DNA of 64,000 nt from Eledone cirrhosa (taxonomy: Eukaryota). Below, piece after piece: positions 1-11,169 of the stretch (position 1 is its first letter; each line of letters begins with the position of its first letter). Both the position numbers and the translations under genes were made by a program. The notes beneath the pieces were generated by a model. The model was not told the DNA's origin. It made no database searches and saw nothing but the letters and a program-made list of their open reading frames with translations. The stretch covers positions 119,164,001-119,228,000 of the forward strand of contig OZ024740.1 in the NCBI GenBank assembly GCA_964016885.1. The letters are read 5' to 3'.

Positions 1-400
1 TATACGTTGGCCATAGGGAGGATGTGGAGGAGTGAGAATAATTTTCTTTGCCAGAAATTCTCTAATTGAAAGTGCTCTATTTGGGAACTAGTTTTGCAAA
101 AATGTTTCCCATGTACAAATGTAGTGATAAAATTCGGGGAAATTCATGTTTATCCAAGCCTGTTTCTTCTACAATCATCCTATCACTTAATTGGTGATCT
201 TTCACCATCATCGCTTGCACCACTTCCACATTTTGTTCATTTAGTGACAAGATTGGCCTTCCGGTATGAGGTTCATATTTAACATTTTCTCAGCCCTCTT
301 TCAAAGCTTTGTGCCATTTAAAAATTTTACTTCTTGATAGAGTGGCATCACTATAAGCGTGTGTTAGAGAATTTGTTGTTCAATATTTTCCTGCACCTTA
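1..400 (-). mobile_element. Mariner (Tc1/mariner) transposase relic, internally deleted
   Basis: Manual minus-strand translation gives AYSDATLSRSKIFKWHKALKEG*ENVKYEPHTGRP...DHQLSDRMIVEETG...FAKLVPK (mariner HTH region and WVPK-like motif), joined directly to IREFLAKKIILTPPHPPY (HPPYSPDL motif). It has a stop codon and lacks most of the catalytic core. Confidence 0.85.
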
Positions 401-586
401 ACAGAAGTTATAAACATATCTGTACAGAAACAGCAATAACTTATGACTGACTTAATCGATCATGTTGAAACAAGTATGTACGTGCAGCCAATATCATAAA
501 CAACATGTCTATATGCATCAACAATGTGCTACTTTACTATGTCACACATAGGAAAAATCAATACAAGTACATTTGGGATAAATTTT

Positions 587-807
587 GTATATATATATAT
601 ATATACACACATTTTATATATATATGGCAATGGGCCTGCAACGTGTCCTGGGGTCAGATGGTGGATGCACAAATATTAAATATCCCAAGACTCCAAAGAG
701 AGTTCAGAAGGGAGCAAACCATGACAATATATATATATATATATATAAATATATACATATATATATATAAATATATACATATATATATATATATAAATAT
801 ATACATA

Positions 808-841
<34 letters not shown>

Positions 842-897
842 AATATATACATATATATATATATATATATGAATATATATATATATATATATATATA
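587..897. repeat. (TA)n-based microsatellites, partly with a degenerate higher-order unit
   Basis: TA runs at 587-622 and 727-897 with periodic A/C interruptions (TATATAAATATATACATA); these generate the YIYI ORFs. Confidence 0.95.
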
Positions 898-1199
898 ACA
901 ATATATTCAGAAACACACAGATACATGCGGACACACACATATATACATGAATGCATCCGCACCCAACTGTGAGTTAAGGGTGCCAACTTCACCGATGTTG
1001 CTCAATGAATGACTGGGACAGACCAATTCAGTTGAACTAGACTGAACCAGTATCAGAGTTAAAAATACATTATGAAGAGAGAAGAAACATTTAGATATAA
1101 TTAGTAATAAAATGTATCATACCTAAACTGCTCCTAAATTCCTCGACTATGTAGTTTCGTGGCATAAACAAAAACAATATATCAAAGATATAGAGTCCT

Positions 1200-1368
1200 T
1201 GCGAGGTCTGCCGACTTATCAAGAGGTTACCTCATTTTACTAGTCTCAAGAACGCGTCTACACGTTATCAAAAGCACCCAGTCCACACAGTAATGTGGTT
1301 GGTGTTAGGAAGGGCAATCAGCCATAAAAACCAACCCAAAATACGATGATGATGATAATGTTGATGAT
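1200..1368 (+). mobile_element. RTE LINE 3' UTR fragment
   Basis: AAAAGCACCCAGTCCACAC..GTGGTTGGTGTTAGGAAGGGCA motif plus (GAT)n tail, the same as the 3' UTR of RT-bearing copies at 23405-24452. Confidence 0.7.
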
Positions 1369-1771
1369 ATATATATATATCATTTGTCATACAGTCTATG
1401 AGTATACAGAAATATTCTTATTATTGCATTATTATATATAAATTATTAACACCTCTTAATTGAAGTCTGTGTAGTCAACGTGTACAGACTGTATGTAGTC
1501 TATGTTATTTGTATAGACTGCATCACTAAGCAAAAAGTAAAATTATAATTAAGCAACTAATTTTGAACTAGATTATTCAGGCCAATTAATGTTTAATAAG
1601 TATAAAAACATGTTAATTAAAAAATAAAATACTTTTTTATTATTTTCTTATACAATTTCTTACCTGAGATATTGACAAAGATTTTTAAGTTCTCAGAATT
1701 TATGAATGTTTAGTCAAAAATTGCATATGATAAAATGATTTTTATTTGTTGAAAATTGATTAGTGACTATC

Positions 1772-2200
1772 ATCATTATTCTCATTTTACATCTACTTTC
1801 CTGGCTTTCATAGATTGTATAAGTCATTAGGGTCTGGAACGAGACTGGTTGGAAAAACAGAAGAACATGTCTAACATATGTTCCATATTTGGCATGCTAT
1901 CTATAGCTGGATGCCCCTTCTAAAACCAATAGAGTGTACCAGTTGCGTTTTATTGTGTCACCAGCACTACCCCCTTACAAAGTGTACTGGGAATATTTTA
2001 ATATTGCTCCAGCAATATTACCTCTTTGAAAAATGCAGTGGATGCAGTTTAACATAGTACCAGCACTACAGATGATGTCAAATGTTTGATCCAGACTGAA
2101 GAGTCCTCTCTAATCTATTGGCTCTGTTTGATCCCCATTCATTTTACAAAGTATACTGGGTGCAATTTACCATGACACCCATACTAGAGAGTTTGTCAGG
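1772..2200 (-). mobile_element. Degenerate RTE 3' UTR with repeated modules
   Basis: (ATC)n tail, GCTGGATGCCCCTTCTAA motif and repeated TTACAAAGTGTACTGGG modules. Confidence 0.55.
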
Positions 2201-2299
2201 TATTTTATGTGGATATATTTTGATCTACTCGACCAAGATTAAAAGTTGAATGGACCCCTTTCAGTCAGTTCCAATGGTGTGTATTTCAATTATTTGATT

Positions 2300-2600
2300 G
2301 GTGAAGCAGCTTACTTTTTAAATTAATTTGTAAATGTGTGAGTGTTCTGCAGACATGTTTACCCTTAATGTATTCCTTTAGGATATTCAATACAATACAG
2401 TACATGACAATGCTGGGCCTTTGAAATACAAGTACAACCCATCCATCAGGCTTCCAAACAATTTCCATCTTCCTAAATTATTCACAAGATCTAACAGATG
2501 CTAGAGTAAAAGATACTTGCCAAATGTGGTATGATGTGGGGGCACATCTAGAACCTTATGCATATGAAACTAACTTCTTAACCATTTAGCTATACTGCTT
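2300..2600 (-). mobile_element. Degenerate tRNA-headed SINE
   Basis: GATACTTGCCAAA...GAAC...CTTAACCATTTAGCTAT resembles the reverse-complemented SINE head at 37280-37380. Confidence 0.4.
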
Positions 2601-5220
2601 CCATTACTCAACAATAGGTACTGCATATTCAATTAACTATGTTTCACTATTCCCTGTGGTTTCATTGCACACATTCTATACATACTCAATCATAGCCTTC
2701 ATTATTTAACAAATTTCTACATTTTTGCAGTACTAGTGACCACAACGGAAAACAGATGGTGATGATAATGTCACTGCCATCATCATTGATAAACTTGTAT
2801 GATGTGTGGAAAAAGACTTTAAATTAGATAGTTCATATTAAAAAGGAAATTACTTAGAGACATGAAAAATGAGACCTAGAGGAAATATTGGATAACATCA
2901 CAAGTATCTGCAATTACTTTCAATTATAATGTTAGCTGTATCTGAAACACTCAGCAATAGTGTGATTAATCTACAGAAATGTGGTTACTCTAAACATAAC
3001 CATTAGATATCCTAAACTGCCATTAACCTTCTCAGATTCCCTTACATTCGCATATAAGGTATTATCATAAATCAAATGAAAGAGATTGAAATTTTTTTTT
3101 AAAATGAGAATGGCTTTAATTTATAGACAAATAGCTGCCAGCAGTTTATTGTCAACTATTCTCATCAAAGCTGTAATAGCTATCCATCTTGACATTTATC
3201 AATTCAAGTAATCGTCCTGGTTTGCTGTGAGTTATTTATTTACATTAGAATTACTGGAATTTTTAAATGCAAATTTGGATATTATAGTTGTTGTGGCAAT
3301 TAATTATGCATATGCTTAGTCTTCCAAATACAATCTAATCAACTGTAAAGTAGAAGTAGTAACTGTTTTCCATAAGACAGAGTGAAGCAAGTAAAGCAAT
3401 ATTTTTCAGCTTGTATTCGATGCTCAATAAAAGGAACAGCTTGTCATCATGAAATTGAGCTAAGTAATTCAGCTCATTAACCCTAATGCACATTGCATTT
3501 TTCAACCCAATAATTCCATAAAAAGATACAAATAGATGAGAAGGGATATATAAATTAACAACTCAAGTATGACATATCAAAATTGAGAACTGGCTGTGTA
3601 GTGAATGTACCAGTAATATCACAAGTTTTATTTCATTTTTTTGTCATTGTCTCTGTATCCATTATTGTAGTTTCTGTCTGTTTTTTGGGAAATAATTTAG
3701 TTTTGTCTTTAGTTTCTATATAATGTAACGTTCACCTAAAGCAAGGTTTTGGCATTATGTTTAATTCTATGGTGAGAGAGAATTAATCATTTTCTTGTTT
3801 AATATACTTAAAACTTCCCAAATCAGTTTTTGTATGAAGTAAAATAATTAACTCACATAAAATAATAATCTCGAAATTTTATGTTTAGGTTGTGCAACAT
3901 TTTCCAAAGGAATATATTTGACAAATACATTCATTGAAAAAATTATGAAATAGATTTCTAAAAACTTTTATTCAAAATCTAAGCCCTATGCAAACTATTT
4001 TATTAATCCAACTTTATATGAATTTTGGGTAACAAAACATTTTCAGACACAATAGACAGCCTGACAACATTTAACTTCCATAATTGTAATTCCTGATGTA
4101 TTTGTAAAATTCTGAAACAAACAAAAATCAAGATTAACAATTTTAAAATACAATCTAAAACAGAAAATATGGCTTTAGATATGTAGCTGAAATAAGCTAT
4201 TTACAACAGTAACTCCCCAGAGATTAAAATCAGAATTATAGTTGTATCTTTGTAACAGTTAATGACAGTTACTGTAATGAAAAGCTATTTCACTTATTTA
4301 TCAAAAATATTTTAGAAATGTATGTAAAATAGCTATCCACTATAATATCTCTCTAAAAAAGCTTATAATCTGAATTATAGTTATCTATAATAGTATATAA
4401 TAGAGCAAAACTAACAGCACATTTGGAATCAGCATCCTAAATTTAGTAATAAACAATGACAAAATCATGATAAAAAATAATTTTAGCAAAACATGTTATG
4501 TATTGTAATTAAAATTATAATTTTGTCATAGTTGTCATCTTATTACAGATAATTCACTCATTTGAAACAAATTAGAGCTGATTAAAATTATGTAATGAAT
4601 TAATAGGCTCTGCTGGAACTAAATACACAAGAGATCCTGGTAAAATCAATGAAATAAATACACTCAGTCAAAACAATAAATTATGAGAATAACTATCCCT
4701 ATTATTTATAATTCTTGCATTTCCAACTGAAATATTTTATAAGCTTTATTTTTCCATGAATATCATTTTTAAATATTGTATATTTTGTCCGTTGATATTA
4801 CACCCGTCGAATGATATTACACCAGTCAAATGGCAAAATAAAGAAAGAACATTAGGCAACATTCTAATATAATTATTATCTAATTCTAAAATGTATGAAT
4901 TTATATATTTCAATTATTTGACTCGTCAGTTTTGCAATTTTTTTATACAGATTTCAAACATGTAATACACACATTTCAATCATTTATATCAGTCTAAATA
5001 TTGAATGCACACTAGGTGCCAAATATAGGTTATTGAGGTTAAAACTTCAAGCTTTCAAAAAAGCTCATGTTGGGCTTAGTTTCATAGTGAAACTAAATTC
5101 ATATAGATATGACTCCATATATTTACTTAGATATTTTGAGTACTCTTCGATACTTCTTGTAAATTTAAAGAAATAATTTATAGACTAGGAATTTATAATC
5201 TATAAAGAACATTTTGACCA

Positions 5221-5233
5221 TATATATATATAC

Positions 5234-5285
<52 letters not shown>
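5221..5285. repeat. (TA)n/(GA)n microsatellite
   Basis: Direct reading. Confidence 0.95.
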
Positions 5286-5288
<3 letters not shown>

Positions 5289-5297
5289 GGGGTTAAG

Positions 5298-5355
5298 CTG
5301 TCTGAAGAGCTCAGGCTATCATAACTGATAGTTCTCAGTGAAATATGTATAACAG
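5298..5355 (+). ncRNA. Minimal type-I hammerhead ribozyme
   Basis: Stem I CTGT/ACAG; core CTGAAGA (5302-5308); stem II including GCTATCA-TAAC-TGATAGT; GAAA (5340-5343); short stem III T-ATGT-A; cleavage triplet AUA (site after 5351). Confidence 0.75.
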
Positions 5356-6488
5356 AGATTTAAATAAACCTGAATCAACTGAATATGGCCTCTGGTTTTT
5401 TATTGATATATAATGTTCTGAGTTGCACCATTATACAGGTTGTTGAGCACTTCTTCTTATCTGCTTCACAACCGACAGACCATAATGTGGTCTGCGCATC
5501 TCTGTTCATTTAACCCATACTCTAATTAAATGTGCCAATTAAGTTGACCACTTTGCTGAAGCCATAGACAGGTGATGGCTTCATATGCTCTGCCGAAATC
5601 ACACGGCACATAGCAACGGACTTCATTTTGAATACCAAAGCTGACCAGAGGACCCAATTCATCTGTATAGACTAGTAGAACACTCAGGATAAGAATTTCA
5701 TCTGACCATAGACAACACTTTATGGAATTTAACAAGCGGCTGTCCAGGGAATAAGAACACCTATGAGGAGACCCTCTCCCCTTTACCTAATGCACACAAG
5801 CTGGCACACCAGCCAAAATCTCTCTACGGACTCTTTGAACTCTATCCCAACCTCTATCTTAACGTTATTCTCCATATGTTGCTCTATCTATCTTCCTAAC
5901 ACTCATTTTATAGTCGGACACATTTGTACTTGTTTGGATAACCTTGTATGGATCCTGTATACTTCCTTGCCTTTATTATATTATATGTACTTATCATTTT
6001 CTTTGTCTACACCATATCTGTTTATCTTGTATATTGCTGCATACAATGTTTTTCTCTCTCTTCTACAGTATGACTGTGCACAAACCTTAATTAACTCAAT
6101 CTTTAAGTTTAATTTATCTCTTATTCATCCTCACAGGTCTCACTTTGCTATTTCCTTTAAGTTACTTTAAGTCAGCCTACACACAATTTACTGTATTTTA
6201 ATAATCTCTAATCTTTCTTCACATGCCATACTTTGATAATCCCTTTAAATTACCTTAGGTTGGCCTACACTACTTAATTGGTAAAGGAACAGCCTAATAG
6301 CTCTGTACCAGTCAGACATGTTGGTCCAGAGACCTTGATCAGTTTTACAGATATTTGACGCAACCTGCGGGGAACAATCCTACTGCCCTTCCCCTCCCGG
6401 ACATTCCCATTATTTATCATAAGATAAATAATGGGAATGTTCTGAGTTGCACCATTTATACAGGTTATTGAGTGCTTCTTCTTATCTG
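5298..6488 (+). mobile_element. Non-autonomous Penelope-like / retrozyme-like element with terminal direct repeats
   Basis: ~52-bp direct repeat at 5412-5463 and 6436-6488; HHR in the left repeat region; 18-bp perfect hairpin at 6401-6440; no recognisable ORF; microsatellites on both flanks. Confidence 0.6.
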
Positions 6489-6843
6489 ATACAGAAAGTG
6501 AAGATACAGAAAGTAAATATACATACATAAATACATACATACACACACATTCACTCACATATGCACAAACACAATATATATGCCTTTGAAATTATAAATA
6601 ATGAAAAGCATCACTCAATATATCAAATAGAGTTTATTTATTTACATAAACTAGGTTTAAATTCATGGCTTAATCTATTCTTAATTTTGTATGTCTGTTT
6701 TCCAAGGTGTGAAAAACAGAAACATGAATCTCAGTGAGATGATGGAAAGGAACTCCAACTTCAAATGAATTTAAGTATATTTCAAATGGAAAGATATTAA
6801 AATGTTGACTGATGTAAAATCTACATGTAACATCACAGTTAAT

Positions 6844-6844
<1 letters not shown>

Positions 6845-6882
<38 letters not shown>

Positions 6883-6920
6883 GTTCAACGTCTATCTCCC
6901 ACACTAGCATGGGTTATATG
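6845..6920 (-). mobile_element. Very short RTE 3' end with (ATC)n tail
   Basis: (ATC)n followed by CGTTCAACGTC...CTAGCATGGGTT, the terminal motif of the RTE copies at 61366 and 60161. Confidence 0.7.
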
Positions 6921-7589
6921 TTTTCAATATTTCATAACTGGAATGAAAATTGTTGAATGAGACAAATTATATTCTTGCTTTCAATCGATGTGATAATCAA
7001 GCATAGCGATTGAGTTAGGGATGATGGGTGGCACTGTAAATGTCCTTGTGCTCAAATAAAAAAGCATGCAAAATTTCCTTTGACTTATGCTTGTCAATTA
7101 AGTTGTTGGTGTCAAAAATGAGAGCCCTTGCTATCCCACTGTCAGGAAATGATCTAGTTGATAAATTACATCATAGTAATCTTGTGGCAGATAATATGTG
7201 CTTTACTGGACTAAAGATGATATAGAGGTAGGGGAGTCTTTGTAAAGCATTAGTCAGTGTTGCTGTTCTTTAACCATGCAATATAATTTGGACTTTACTA
7301 TCTTATTAATAATTGCATACACAATTTTGTTGAAACTAATATACTTATCAAGCATACAGTATATCTTATTCAAAACTAGATTTCTTGAAATCTGTAGTTT
7401 CTGAAAAATGTATAAAATATGAAGGCTTTTTTGTCACAGGTGAAGGGCAAAAATAAAATCTAATTCTATACTGCAAGCTAAAAGTATATAAGAATGACGT
7501 AACTCCTACAAATTGTTGAGTACTGATCAAGCAAATCTAAGGTGAATGGCATTCTAGCTAGAACTAGCCCATCTTTTATTCAGATGTAT

Positions 7590-7944
7590 CCTGGTCATGT
7601 TGGTGATATGAGAAAAAGTGCCCAGTCAATACTGTAAGGTGTTCAGGTTGGTGACATAAAAAATGTGCAGGTCTACCCTGTAAGGTGGTGGTGTTGGTGA
7701 CATAACAAAAAGCACCCAATCCACACTGTAAGGTGGTCATTTTGGTGCCACGATAAAAAGCACCCAGTCCACATTGTAACATTTTGGGTGTTAGGAAGGG
7801 CATCCAGCCATAGAAAGCAAGCCAAAATACAGATCCATATGAGCATGATGTGGTCTTCGGACATGACTTGTTTCATAATGCAACAACCTGTCTAATCCAT
7901 GCAAGCATGGAGAATGGATGTTAAATGATGATGGTGATGATGAT
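7590..7944 (+). mobile_element. RTE LINE 3' UTR with tandem modules and (GAT)n tail
   Basis: Four AAAAAGCACCC..CACTGTAAGGTGG-like modules, GTTAGGAAGGGCATCCAGCC, ATCCATGCAAGCATGG...(GAT)n. Confidence 0.8.
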
Positions 7945-8266
7945 TCTATCTCTGAGTAGATAAAATAGTAGTGTGTGATTTCACGGAGATTTGGTAGCAT
8001 TTAGAGCCAATTCAGCAACCACAATGAAACATGTCTCATTAGTTTAATTATATCTACATATCTGCAGCTGATATATTCACATGGAAAGTGTTAATTACAT
8101 TGGCAAAATATAAATAGCACAGTTCATGAACCTGTTACCTTTCACATAGATGTTTGACATTTTATCTCTTTTCCACGCTCTGACTCAAGAGAATTATGTT
8201 AAACGAAAAGGAATAAAGATAAGTCTTAAAAAATGAAATTCATGCCCAGAGAAACATTATATTTGA

Positions 8267-8321
<55 letters not shown>

Positions 8322-9101
8322 GATACAAAAGTGAATTGTATATAGGAAATAAATAACCATTATCCTTATTGCAATAAAATATGGGAATAGTTCTAAATTT
8401 CTTAAATATTTTCTATTAAATGTGTTCATGACATGCCTGCTTTATGAAGCCCTATCAATTTCAACAGGTAAAACTTTATTTGTGTAGCAAAACAAAACTA
8501 TTACTAAAAAAGAAGAAATACAAAAGGAAATGTAGTATAATAAATAGAGAAGTTAACAGAATATAAAAAAATAGATTTGGTTATTAAACTTAATATACCT
8601 TAACTAAATGGTGAGGAATACTCCCATAGATGACAGATATGCAATTCTAATAGTTCAATTGCATGCTGTGCTAGATGAAGGAGGGAAATGTGCACACACA
8701 CACACATATATATATTTAGAAAAGGAAAAGAGATGATATTACATATTCAATATCAGTTTATTTCATTATATCACCCCATTATGTACATTTCGTAGGCAGC
8801 AAAAGATTCTTATCCAACATTTATCTAATTCTTTGTTGTAAGACTGGAGTTTAAATGTAAACAAAAATAAGCCTGTTTTGTTTTTGATATGCCTGCCATT
8901 GAAGAGTTGTTTACATTCCAATATCCAGCTACCATATGTTGTACTGACTTTATTACTGGTAAGCTGGGGGACAGGGGAGTGGGAGCTATAAAGGTGGCAC
9001 AAGTAGATGGTGGAAGTAAGTTAGTGCACTAAACAGAGTTGGGCTATTCAATCTAAGGTTATTTGTTCAAATCGCTAAAGGGTTATAAAACAGTTGATTA
9101 C

Positions 9102-10152
9102 TCTATGTATACTATAAAGCTGACGGCCGTATGTAAGTATCAAACTTTCCGCCAAACGTCTGGACCAAACGGCACCAAATTTGCACCATCTTTAAAATTT
9201 TCAAATGTCAATAATTCCGGTTATACAACATTCCTAACGTCTTCACGAACCAAAGTATTATCTCCCTGTTTTATTTCGGTTGCAACGTTTTTCGAAATAT
9301 TTACTTCTGCGTTCACAGATTGATTTTTTTAGTTTCAGAGATCCTGATAAGGGTGAAAGCAGCAATTCTTTGCTTAAACTTTAATCTGTTATTTTAATAT
9401 ATATATATAATTATATATTTGTGTCCAGATATTTTTGCATACACAAAAACAAAATATAAACAAACGTATTTATTTCACGAAAGCACAGACGGCTTATTGT
9501 CATTGTTACTGCCGAGATGCCACCCAAAAAGTCCCAGCCTGGCCGCAAGATCAGATTTTCCAGAAGAAAAAAATGTTATAACAAACGTATTTATTTCACG
9601 AAAGCACAGACAGCTTATCATCATTGTTACTGACGATATGCCACCCAAAAAGTCCTAGCCTGGCTGTAAGATCAGATTTTCCAGAAGAAAAAATGTTACT
9701 AGAGCAACAGAGAGACTAAGCTTCGCGATTACCACCAACAAAGTTCAGGGTCAAACCCTAAAAGTGGCTGGCGTTCATCTGGGAAAACCATGGCCAATTG
9801 TATGTAGGATGCTCTAGGTTGAGCTTGCCAAACAATCTCTTCATCTTTGCTCCCGAGGGCCGAACAAAAAATATTGTATACTCTGAGGGTCTAATAATGT
9901 AATTTATGTATTTTCTGTTACGTGGAATTTCCATTATGGTTGTACAAATTATTTTAAAGTTTGTAAAAAAATGTGTTCTCGGTTCAACCTTTATACACGA
10001 ATACTCACACACACACACATATATATATACACAAACACACACACACACACATACACTGTAAACAAGACAATGCATTCAATACAGACGTTTTCTCTTTTGC
10101 TGGTCTTCTCTTATCATTTGTTAACCTTGGCGAAGCTGGGTACCTCAGCTAG
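9102..10152 (+). mobile_element. Non-autonomous Helitron (internal deletion derivative)
   Basis: 5' TCTATGTATA; 3' hairpin ACCTTGGC-GAA-GCTGGGT then CTAG|T (10149-10152). Retains an MPPKKS..RKIR start and the PIF1-helicase C-terminus FAITTNKVQGQTLKVAGVHL..HGQLYVGCSR..FIFAPEGRTKNIVYSE (9722-9895). Confidence 0.9.
9459..9699 (+). repeat. 2x ~121-bp tandem duplication inside the Helitron
   Basis: AACAAACGTATTTATTTCACGAAAGCACAGAC...CCAGAAGAAAAAATGTTA repeated at 9459 and 9580. Confidence 0.9.
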
Positions 10153-11169
10153 TTTAATATATTGATCAGTTAGCTTCCAGTGTGTGGCAATGTTTGTCCT
10201 ACCCCTATCACTATCATGCTAGTATCAGTAAGTCTATGGAGCATTGACATCTATCTAAGCTGTTGTACAGAAAAAAGAGGGAATGTGCTACAGCTAATAT
10301 GTGGGAATGTTAGCAAATGCATATGTGCAATTTAGATCTAAATATAGTGGGAAGGTGTTGAAGTAACTATGGGTGCATGTGTATAGTCATGTAGCAGTAG
10401 TATGTGCAGACATATGGGAACTAGATTACACACCAGCACATACATGCTGATAGACACACAATCCTTACGTGTTTGTGCACACATTTATGTCTACGTGTTT
10501 CAACATAATTGATGATAGATTGATAGAGGACAGAAAAGGAAGAAAAGGAAAGAAAGAAAAAAGAAGGAAAAGAAAAAGAAATCATATCACAAGTAAAGAT
10601 GAAGACAAAAAGTTTAGTGGAAGCTAGTGGAACTAACTAAAGGAAATAGAGGGCCCACTGTCCAATAGGAGGGATAAACCACTGTAACTATGCATCAATG
10701 TTATATGGGCTTGCAAAATGATGTAATATCTTAGTCATTTACACGATGAAGGAGAGAAGTCAAAAGTTATCGGCTATAATTTATAAACTAACTAAAGAGT
10801 TTTAGGAAGGTTTTAGATATTTTGTGCCTGAATGTGTTAAAAAATAAAAGCATTTATTTATTATGTGGGGCCTCCACCCTCTAGATTTTTCACAGTGTCT
10901 GTGGTGCATAAATCACAGCCACCTATAAAAGATCCTCCCTGATATGGGTGTGCAGATTTAAGAGTAGCCTATGTCAAGGAGTGATGTATTCCATTCTGCT
11001 CATGTCTCCATATAATTTTTGATAGTGTTGCACTGTCCCTCTTGTCTGTTTCGTTAAATAAGTGGTGGTATTTGTACCATTCACTGTCTAACCTATATAT
11101 TTATTATTTTCATTGCTACTAACAAACTTACACTCATATATTAGGTTGTTACAGAGGCATACTCTAAAC

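Noticed and set aside
505-992. Long YIYI/ICIY ORFs (also near 8226, 31169, 33043, 50150, 51430, 62304)
   Set aside because: Translations of (TA)n microsatellites, which lack stop codons.
1655-1730. Strong minus-strand splice donor (CAG|GTAAGA)
   Set aside because: No clear acceptor or recognisable coding frame.
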